Origin: Candidatus Saccharimonadota bacterium
Lineage (GTDB): Bacteria > Patescibacteriota > Saccharimonadia > Saccharimonadales > UBA4665
Direction: 5' to 3'
Assembly (NCBI GenBank): GCA_002746885.1
Contig: PDRS01000008.1
Location: 3,376-67,375 of the forward strand
Length of the DNA: 64,000 nucleotides
Part shown: piece by piece, positions 56,499-64,000 of the stretch
Layout of the letters: each line of letters starts with the position of its first letter
Numbering within the stretch: position 1 is the first letter of the stretch
Made by a program: the position numbers and the translations under genes
The notes under the pieces: model-generated
What the model was told of the DNA's origin: nothing
Database searches by the model: none
What the model saw: only the letters and a program-made list of their open reading frames with translations

Positions 56499-58397
56499 CT
56501 AGAACTGTCGGCGGCGCCTGAGACTCAATTTTCGACTGTGCGTCTCTGGTGCAAGCGGTGTGCCAGCGAGCGGCTCAGCGGTTTCGAACGGATTCGCGAG
56601 CGGCAATGGCGAGGTGCCAAAGTCGGCAGCAAGATATGCCTTTTTGTGACGGCGAAAGAGCATGTGACGATACCACAGGAAACCACCGACGAGTGCGGCC
56701 GAGGCAAGCGCAATGATATTGCCAGCACCGGTGTTCGGCAAGGTGGTCGCTGGCGCAACACAGCGCGGGTCATCCTTGGATATGCTCGCATCGTACTCGC
56801 ACGGATTACAGCGAATATCGCCGACTGGTATGCCCGGCTTACATTCGGGGACTGCCGGTTTCGACGGTTCAACCTTTGCATAGCAGTTAAACTCCGCTTT
56901 CTTTTCAACCCCAAAAACATCAAAGTAGAGGGTAGCATAAGCGCTATATTTACCTTCTTTGGGATAGATATAGTCAGTGGCAATAACACTACTGCCCGGC
57001 GTGGCGTTTACGCTGCGGCTTTTGCCGTCACCAAATACAAAGAGTGCGCGCTTCAAAACCGCACCATGAGCTGTTTTTGATTCCGCCGTAAACGCATAAC
57101 CCATTGTTTTTCCGGACAAAAGCGGGCCCGTCAGCTGTGTACACTCAAAAAACGGTTTCGGTAAGTTTATTTTGGCTGAGTCGCATGCGTCATTTTTGGT
57201 CGGATTATTCGGGTTAACCTCTGGAGCATTGACGCACGCTGTATTTGTAATCTTTTTGTCTGTGTATGATACAACTTTTGCGGTAATCTTGAGCCTAACC
57301 TTCGCGCCAGCGGCGAGGTTTGGTATAGTGTGCCGGTACTTCTTATCGTCAGTTATCTTGCCTTTGTCCGCCTTCGTAAAGAGCACTCCTTTCGGCGCGT
57401 CGTCCGTGACGACCACGTTTTTTAAGGGCAATGTAGAGGTGTTTTTGACGATCAACTGATACGTAAACGGTTTGTTCATGCTGACTTTTTTCGACTCAGC
57501 GCCATTGACCGTTTTTTGTATAGAAACGCCAGGCGATTCAACCTTCAGCGACGTACGACAAGTGCGAGAAACTGTGTAGCCGTAAACATTAAACCGGACA
57601 TTGGCAACAACCGTGTATGTGCCATCTTTTTTGTATGCGTGCCGTGCCGTCAGCGACGTACCGTTTACCGTACCGCCGCTACTTGTGCCATCGCCAAAGG
57701 TAAAATTTCCGCCGATCAATGTTGCATTTTGCACCCGCGTGTTAGCAGTAAAGTCGTATAGCCTGCGGCTACGATCGACAAGCGCTGGAGCGACATTGAC
57801 ACAATCGGCCACTACTGGCACACCGACAAACTTTACTGTGTTACCGCAATGGGTCATAACAGCTGCAATAGGTACGCCGCTACGATTGAATGTGACCAGC
57901 ACTTCTACATCGACCGGCTGCGTACCAGGTACCGGGCGGGCATATATGCCATCGCCGAGCGACAAGCGGCCAGCGTTGCTCCCATATCTTGTCGTCACCC
58001 ATGTTTTTTGGGAAGCATCGTTTATCTGGGCACCACCGACAACAATTCGGCCATCACGATAAAACGTACCGACCTTTGTATTGGTCGTGTTCATGCCAGC
58101 GATGATAGACGAATTATATCCTGTCCAATGCGCCGCCGTGCGTATGCCACCGCGCCCGCCAGAATCCTTATTCGTGTTGTATGCATGACGAAATGAGTCG
58201 ATCTTTGACTGCAAGCTTGAGCGATTGAGGCCGCAGCGCATTACGTTTGTCCAGTCGCAAGCGGGTGCAGCTTCGACCTTTGGCGTAGTTTGGGGCATAA
58301 AAAGTGTCGCTCCCATGAGCAGCATGCCAAGCCAAAGACCGCTCACCCACAGCGGCATTGTTTTGCGAAGAACTACCCGAGATTTTCTGCGGTACAT
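56499..58397 (-). CDS. LPXTG-type cell-surface protein (novel N-terminal domain + DUF11/PKD-like repeats)
   Basis: Signal/TM segment is LWVSGLWLGMLLMGATLF, followed by a Cys-containing N-terminal domain. Ig-like modules end in NTACVNAPEVNPNNPTKNDACD. The sorting signal is LPNTG + hydrophobic stretch + RRHKK. Confidence 0.75.
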   Translation of the reverse strand: MYRRKSRVVLRKTMPLWVSGLWLGMLLMGATLFMPQTTPKVEAAPACDWTNVMRCGLNRSSLQSKIDSFRHAYNTNKDSGGRGGIRTAAHWTGYNSSIIAGMNTTNTKVGTFYRDGRIVVGGAQINDASQKTWVTTRYGSNAGRLSLGDGIYARPVPGTQPVDVEVLVTFNRSGVPIAAVMTHCGNTVKFVGVPVVADCVNVAPALVDRSRRLYDFTANTRVQNATLIGGNFTFGDGTSSGGTVNGTSLTARHAYKKDGTYTVVANVRFNVYGYTVSRTCRTSLKVESPGVSIQKTVNGAESKKVSMNKPFTYQLIVKNTSTLPLKNVVVTDDAPKGVLFTKADKGKITDDKKYRHTIPNLAAGAKVRLKITAKVVSYTDKKITNTACVNAPEVNPNNPTKNDACDSAKINLPKPFFECTQLTGPLLSGKTMGYAFTAESKTAHGAVLKRALFVFGDGKSRSVNATPGSSVIATDYIYPKEGKYSAYATLYFDVFGVEKKAEFNCYAKVEPSKPAVPECKPGIPVGDIRCNPCEYDASISKDDPRCVAPATTLPNTGAGNIIALASAALVGGFLWYRHMLFRRHKKAYLAADFGTSPLPLANPFETAEPLAGTPLAPETHSRKLSLRRRRQF

Positions 58398-58514
58398 AGT
58401 TGTTACCTTCCTGTCGTTTTAGCTACTGTTTTTCTCTTTTGCATGACTTCGTAAAAACAACCTGAATACTATAAAATTCACCCTTATAAATCATAACCTT
58501 TTTACGACCTCAAA

Positions 58515-58554
58515 TGCAAATACCCCGATTGACACGAAATCAAACGGGGTATTT
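58515..58554 (-). terminator. hairpin terminator after the upstream surface-protein gene
   Basis: Minus strand reads AAATACCCCG-17 nt-CGGGGTATTT followed by GCATTTG. Confidence 0.55.
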
Positions 58555-59070
58555 ACGTAGAGGAGCGGCCAGTCTTATTGCCTTTTTACCTGCGTTAGCT
58601 AGAGCGCTAGTCGCGAGCGAGTTTGCGACCTAGGAACAATCGATAGCCGAGGGCGCTCAGCACACCGATGACACCTGACAGTCCGATGATACTACCAGCG
58701 CCAGTGTCTGGTAACACTTGCGGCTCTGTCTCTTCTGGGGTTGGTACAACAGGCTCCTCAGGAGCAACGAAGTTTACTGTCTTAACGCAGTTGTCGCCAC
58801 CTACTGTTTTCTTTTCACCATTCACATCGAAGACAAGTTTCGCCGTCACCGTGTAGCTACCGTCGGCAGCGTAGACATGATCGGCGCTCGTTTGAGCACT
58901 TGGATCAGAAGCGCTGCCATCACCCCAGTGGAAGGTTGCCGTTTCGAAGCTTGCTCCGTTTTTTGCGGTGTACATTACCTTCGCGGTGACAGTACGGTTT
59001 GCACCAGCCGTCAGATTGAGCGCATCGCAACTATAGACTGGAGTTGGTACGACCGGTTCATCGACGCCGA

Positions 59071-59169
59071 CAACCGCATCATCACAGTCATCCTGTTTTG
59101 TTGGATTGCCTGGATTGACTTCTTTAGCATTCACGCATGCCGTGTTTACGAGATTACCAGCCTTGTACT
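59071..59169 (-). repeat. 99-bp perfect direct repeat, copy A
   Basis: Identical to 59539-59637. The 468-bp offset equals one 156-codon module. Confidence 0.9.
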
Positions 59170-59538
59170 ACGGCTTGTCGATTTCGACCTTCAGCGATTC
59201 TTTGCCTTCGACTTTCTTGTCGATTTTGACACTTGGTGTTTTTGGCGCTTCAAATGTCACTTGCTTTACACAAGCCGCGTTAGGAGCTGGCGCTTTTACG
59301 CTACCATTAACATTGAAGAGCATTTCGGCGTTTACTGTGTACGTACCATAGGCAGCATACGTATGCGTACTGGTTTTACCGTCAATAACCGTCTGCTTAC
59401 TATCACCCCAAACAAGGGTAGTGTTTTTGTATGTTGCGCCGTTTTCTGCTGTGTAAGCCACTGTTGCGGTGACGGTGCGATTTGCACCTTTTTGCAGCGT
59501 CAGGCTATCGCAGCTGTACACCGGTGCAGGCACCTTAA

Positions 59539-59637
59539 CAACCGCATCATCACAGTCATCCTGTTTTGTTGGATTGCCTGGATTGACTTCTTTAGCATTC
59601 ACGCATGCCGTGTTTACGAGATTACCAGCCTTGTACT
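59539..59637 (-). repeat. 99-bp perfect direct repeat, copy B
   Basis: Identical to 59071-59169. Confidence 0.9.
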
Positions 59638-60602
59638 GATAGTTGTAGTTTTGGCCGACAGGAACAAGTTCACTCCCGCTGACTTTTTTATCGATACTAA
59701 CCGCCGGTCGAGGTGTGGTCAACGTCGTCTGGCACGTTGCGCTCGTGACACCAAAAGAGTTTTTTGCCTTCACGGTAACCTTCGCCGTGTATTTTGTGTT
59801 ATCTGCTGGATAGGTGTGGAGTGTTTTTGCGCTGCGCGCTGCCGTGTTGACTGTACTCTGCTGGCCATCACCGTAGCTAAAAACATAGCTTTCTATATTC
59901 ATGTTGGTCGGCGTGGCGGTGGCTGTCAGCTGGTATTCGCGCGGCTTGTGTGTTGGTACTGCCTTGAGGCTATCGCACGTTAGACTGCGCTTAACGGGAG
60001 TAATTTTGATAGCATTGCCACAACGCGTCATAACGCCCGCAATGGCTTGGCCTTTTTGGTCAAACAGTACGAGAATACTTTCAGGGTTGTGCTTGTTTTC
60101 GGCGGCCGAACGAACATATACGCCAGGCATAATTTGCGGGCGACCTTTGCCAGCGTAGCGAGTTGTTACCTGTGCCCCAGCACCAACGCGCTCGCCGTTT
60201 ACCTTGACTTCTCCGTTACGATATACGTACCCGATCTTCGTGTTGGTTGTGTTCATGCCAGCGACAAGGGAACTGTTGAAACCTGCCCAATTGAATATTC
60301 CCTGCAAGTCGTTATAACCACCGCCTGGGTCATGATTGGTTGTGTAAAAATGCTGAAACGATTGTATATACGACGCATGGCTTGAACCATTCAGACCGCA
60401 ACGAATAATATTAGTTCTGTCGCACACGCCTGCAATCACTGAAGGCCCCTGCACAAACATACCGCCGGCAACGCCTGCCAATGCGGCAAAACTTGCGAGA
60501 CCAAAGATGTATGCCTTACTTTTTCCTCGTACCCATGATGTAAAACTCATGTCTTTACTCCTACCTCTCTCGCTACTTTACATACAATTAATGTATGTCA
60601 TG

Positions 60603-60631
60603 ATAATACACTAAAGATTATTTTATGTCAA
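60603..60631 (-). promoter_or_regulatory. canonical sigma70 promoter of the surface-protein gene
   Basis: On the minus strand: TTGACA (60631-60626), a 17-nt spacer, then TATTAT (60608-60603). It lies ~50 nt upstream of the ATG at 60550, which has a GGTAGGAG SD. Confidence 0.7.
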
Positions 60632-60795
60632 TATCTTTTTATAATACGCTTGTGGTTTTGTGCTGATGCTATATACGCCCAGTTATACAATTGGTCGTAG
60701 TAATGCCGTTAAGACAGAGCTAGGTGCTAGCTCAATATCAGTTTTCGCTGAGGGAACATTGCGTTGCGCCGCAGTCAGCAAGACGCCGCCAGCGT

Positions 60796-62955
60796 CTACT
60801 TTTTCGGGAACCGGAAGCCAAACATACTGCCCTTACCTTCTACGCTCTCGAAAATTACTGCACCACCTTGAGCAACAACAACCTTTTTAGCCATATATAA
60901 CCCCAGCCCTGTGCCGTCTGGACGCATACGCCGAGCATTGTCTGCCCGGTAAAACTTCGTAAACAAATGCCGCTGAAGCTTACGTGGCACACCTATACCC
61001 GTGTCGCGCACAGAAAACTCCACTATTTTCTCTGTTTCGTTCAGCGCAACCGTGATAGTACCACCTTCTGGCGTGTAATGAATTGCATTGTCGATGAAGT
61101 TCATGACAACCTGGTGCATTTTACCTTCATCGAGCGGCAGTATATGAAACACCTTCGGCATATCCCATATGAATGTAATGTTTTTGGCCTTAGCAGATTC
61201 ACGCAGCTGCGCTACCTCTTGGTCGACTACGACGCGTAAATCAGTCGGTCCAGACTCTATAACAAATTTGCCAGTACTAAGGCGAGAGAGGTTGAGAAGA
61301 TCTGCAATAAGATTCACCATTCGCTGACTGCTTAGGTACGACAGCTTGATGAGCTGTTCTTGTTGCGGCTTGAGCGGCCCGGCGTCACCCTCGAGTATCA
61401 TGCTCAAATAGCCCTTCACGCTTGTTAGGGGCGTTCGCAGCTGATGACTCGCCATAGAAATAAATTCATCTTTGGTTTCATCGAGCTTTCGCAGCTTTTC
61501 ATTACTCGCTCGCAATTTTCGTGTTGCGGTGTCGACCCGAGACTGCAGCACGGCATTAAACCCTTCGATTTGTTCATAACGCAGGGCATTTTCGATTGCA
61601 ATTGCGAGCTCGCTCGCAATAATCTCGAGCAGCTGCATGTCGGCAACAGAATACAGCTGGCCGCTTCGCTTTTGTCCGAGCAAAAGATACCCCAGTGTAC
61701 CTTTTGTATCGCGCACAGAAGGCGATAGCTTAACGACAATCGCAACATGTTCTTTGCTGCTAACAGTGTCTACTGGAAGCTCTTCGTCGTGCCCCCACAG
61801 ATTCAAGTTGATGACTTTTTCCTGAACATTTACCAATTTTGCGGCAATGTCGCTCACGTCTGAATCGCTCACATTTGGTATTTCTCCTATGATACGGCGC
61901 GGATGCTGCTCGGTTTTATTGACGACATAGCAAGCTCCGCTAATCTGAATGTGTTTTGCGAGCACATTCAAACTACCTTTTAGCAGCGGCCTTAGCTGCT
62001 TTTTAGCAACGAGCGCTTCATTGAGGTCGTTGAGCAGCACTTGCGGACTATATGCATCTCGAAAAAAGATTCTGTTGCTCAGCTTGTCGAAAAACAACTT
62101 GAGCCGCGCAAAAGAGAAAGCAAGCAATAGCGCAGCGAGCACATAGATCGCCTGAACTCCCGCACTCAAGCCTTCACGTTTGGCGAAAATAGCTAGCAGC
62201 CCAAAAACGATCGAGACATAGATTCCGACAAATGTTGCTATCGTGAGCACATACGCAAACGAACGCGCAATGATAATCCGCACCCCAAACAACCGCTGAG
62301 CGACGATAGAATACGCGATGATACAGTTAAACAAAAACGTGTACACCGGGCTCAGTTCGATAAAGAACGTTGTTTTCAGAAGTGGCGTTATCGCAAAGTT
62401 CGTGAAAGGCACAACCACCCACACCAAAAACGATGCAACAAGCAAAGTTCTTAGTTGAGCGCGAACAATCGCGCGAGTAGCAGTTCGGTATTTGACGATA
62501 AGCGTATGAAAGCCACTGGTAATTGAGTACAGCGCGTGAACGACAAAGAGCGCCATTGCAGGACCAACGTTTGTTATAGCAGGACCATCAGATCTCTCCA
62601 CCGAAGTAAAAACAAAAGGAGAGAGTGTCAATAACGCAACAACGAGACTGAGTAGAAAATAGATGATTCGCTTTTTTTTCGCAAGCTGCCATTTACTGCA
62701 CGGAAACGTGTGAGCAAACAAATAAAACGCCGCGTTCTGTAGTACTACGCAAAACAGGATGATTCGGACAATAAAAATAATACTGTCCGACTCAATAAAC
62801 ACAATACTCAGATAGCTGCTCAGCGCCCAAGCCAACGAAGCGGCGCCAATCGCTCCAAAAAGCATGTTTGTGAGGTTTTTCCGTGACTGCCGCAGCACAA
62901 ATAGCAGGAGTAGAACCTGGGACAAACTGGTGATGATAATACTGCCCGCCAACAT
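60796..62955 (-). CDS. sensor histidine kinase with multi-TM N-terminal sensor domain
   Basis: About 8 N-terminal TM helices are followed by a central GAF/PAS-sized region. HisKA is ISMASHQLRTPLTSVKGY. HATPase_c is FIDNAIHYTPEGG...DTGIGVP...GTGLGLYMAKK. Confidence 0.85.
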   Translation of the reverse strand: MLAGSIIITSLSQVLLLLFVLRQSRKNLTNMLFGAIGAASLAWALSSYLSIVFIESDSIIFIVRIILFCVVLQNAAFYLFAHTFPCSKWQLAKKKRIIYFLLSLVVALLTLSPFVFTSVERSDGPAITNVGPAMALFVVHALYSITSGFHTLIVKYRTATRAIVRAQLRTLLVASFLVWVVVPFTNFAITPLLKTTFFIELSPVYTFLFNCIIAYSIVAQRLFGVRIIIARSFAYVLTIATFVGIYVSIVFGLLAIFAKREGLSAGVQAIYVLAALLLAFSFARLKLFFDKLSNRIFFRDAYSPQVLLNDLNEALVAKKQLRPLLKGSLNVLAKHIQISGACYVVNKTEQHPRRIIGEIPNVSDSDVSDIAAKLVNVQEKVINLNLWGHDEELPVDTVSSKEHVAIVVKLSPSVRDTKGTLGYLLLGQKRSGQLYSVADMQLLEIIASELAIAIENALRYEQIEGFNAVLQSRVDTATRKLRASNEKLRKLDETKDEFISMASHQLRTPLTSVKGYLSMILEGDAGPLKPQQEQLIKLSYLSSQRMVNLIADLLNLSRLSTGKFVIESGPTDLRVVVDQEVAQLRESAKAKNITFIWDMPKVFHILPLDEGKMHQVVMNFIDNAIHYTPEGGTITVALNETEKIVEFSVRDTGIGVPRKLQRHLFTKFYRADNARRMRPDGTGLGLYMAKKVVVAQGGAVIFESVEGKGSMFGFRFPKK

Positions 62956-63029
62956 GGATTGTACTTATGGTATCATGAGTCACGGTTCTGTACGTTTTTT
63001 TAAGACAACTTACTGTCGAAAGGGGAAAC

Positions 63030-64000
63030 ATGGCTCACAACTATAGCGCATGGGAAATAACAACGACTCTGCCGACAGAAGCCAGTGAAACCGATATTCT
63101 GCAGCATTTCGCACGGTTTGCCATACTAGCACCATCAGGACACAACACCCAGCCCTGGCTTTTTGCTGTGCAGGGTAAGCGCTTGTTGCTAAAAATTAAT
63201 CCCGAGCGAAGACTCGGCCACTCTGGCTCGCTCGCAGCTGAACCGTACGTTAGTCTTGGGTCGTGTTTGGAAACACTAATTCTCGCCGCGCGTGGTTTCG
63301 GGTATGATCTTATCGTTCACAAAACTGTTTCCGATTCAGACAATGTTGTTGCAAAGATTCAGCTCGGCAAGAAACACAGTCCGCAGCCAGAACTACTAAC
63401 CGCTATCAAGCATCGTGCTTCGAACCGCAACTTTTACGACACAACCCCGCTCGCAGAAGATATTATTGCAACGACTATTGGCGAGAAATTGCCCGGCATA
63501 CACGTTATCACCGCAAAAAAACGATCAGATATTACGTACCTGTCGCAGCTCACGGCAAAAGCGACCCGAAAGATTATGCGCGATTCGGCGTTTCGACGAG
63601 AGCTAAGCCAGTGGGTACGGCGAAACATTACGAGAAAATATGACGGCATGCCTGGATTCACACAGAAGATGCCGCTACCAGTTTCGCTGATTGCCCCTAT
63701 GGTCGTCAGAAACCTTGACGTCTCAAAAACGCAGGCAAAAAAGGATGCAAAAATAGCTTTGCACAGCGCAAATCTTCTCATAATATGCGTTACAAAGCGC
63801 ACGCCAGAACAATTTCTAAGCGCCGGTCAGCAGTATGCCCGTATATGCATCACTGCGCGTATGCTCGGTTATGCCACGAGTGGCGTTGGAGCAGCGGTTA
63901 TAGATCCGGAGTCCAAAGAGGATGTTGCCAAACACTTTCACCTAAAAAGCAGTCCGACCGCCATGCTGCGTATTGGGCTTACAGGCAAGAAAGTACGCCA
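63030..64000 (+). CDS. nitroreductase-family protein (partial, runs off the window)
   Basis: AAAGGGGA SD upstream. I translated it by hand as MAHNYSAWEITTTLP...FAILAPSGHNTQPWLF.... It is open to the window end (323 codons) and is absent from the ORF track because it has no stop. Confidence 0.75.
   Translation, partial: MAHNYSAWEITTTLPTEASETDILQHFARFAILAPSGHNTQPWLFAVQGKRLLLKINPERRLGHSGSLAAEPYVSLGSCLETLILAARGFGYDLIVHKTVSDSDNVVAKIQLGKKHSPQPELLTAIKHRASNRNFYDTTPLAEDIIATTIGEKLPGIHVITAKKRSDITYLSQLTAKATRKIMRDSAFRRELSQWVRRNITRKYDGMPGFTQKMPLPVSLIAPMVVRNLDVSKTQAKKDAKIALHSANLLIICVTKRTPEQFLSAGQQYARICITARMLGYATSGVGAAVIDPESKEDVAKHFHLKSSPTAMLRIGLTGKKVR

Larger units (their letters stand above)
58607..60550 (-). 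pseudogene. LPXTG-type cell-surface protein gene interrupted by one in-frame TAG (59168-59170)
   Basis: ORFs 59168-60550 and 58607-59134 are in the same frame and are separated only by TAG. The downstream part continues the module (YKAGNLVNTACVNAKEV...) and ends in LPDTG + TM + RKLARD. It is a paralog of 56499-58397. Confidence 0.7.

Noticed and set aside
58718-59983. 421-aa plus-strand ORF. Similar long ORFs occur at 26375-26899, 50782-51345, 45862-46455, 48111-48635 and 13824-14465.
   Set aside because: All lie antisense to, or out of frame within, genes with strong family signatures (surface protein, leuS, ppsA, tpiA, pyk, SulP). Their composition is odd. They are shadow ORFs.

Overview
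Gene-dense bacterial chromosomal window of about 64 kb. The standard genetic code applies: TGA acts as a stop, as in the lysC/asd ATGA overlap. All CDS coordinates below include the stop codon.

Gene content is mostly housekeeping:
- Aspartate-family block: hom-like, lysC, asd.
- pgi, pyrD, and the rpsP-KH-trmD operon.
- rnc, a NUDIX hydrolase, nusB and rpmF.
- leuS, ddl and murF.
- rsmA, pcrA, and a lower-glycolysis cluster: tpiA, pgk, pyk, ppsA, a dehydrogenase-PGM fusion, eno.
- RNA genes: tRNA-Gln(CUG), tRNA-Ala(GGC), tRNA-Glu(UUC) and tmRNA.

A more accessory, partly AT-rich stretch lies downstream of tRNA-Ala (about 30-39.5 kb). It holds a CPBP protease, a cupin plus a Gfo/Idh/MocA oxidoreductase, an ABC-2 exporter and several hypothetical membrane proteins. 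Two large paralogous LPXTG-type surface-protein genes sit at 56.5-60.6 kb, next to a multi-TM histidine kinase.

Most unusual observations:
1. A scrambled tRNA-Gln locus (5647-6132) carries two 91-nt hairpin-rich elements that differ in sequence but keep the same helices.
2. An exact 23-bp inverted-repeat pair brackets the ABC-exporter module.
3. An in-frame TAG sits exactly at the edge of a 99-bp perfect internal repeat in a surface-protein gene.
4. A -10 box lies 6-8 nt upstream of the start codon of at least 14 genes, which suggests leaderless mRNAs.
5. There are several unusual domain fusions, plus a Ni-SOD with its maturation protease.

No CRISPR array, rRNA gene, transposase or integrase was recognised. 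The compact genes, Gram-positive-type sorting signals and low-complexity tails suggest a small-genome lineage, possibly Patescibacteria/Saccharibacteria-like. That taxonomic guess is inference only.
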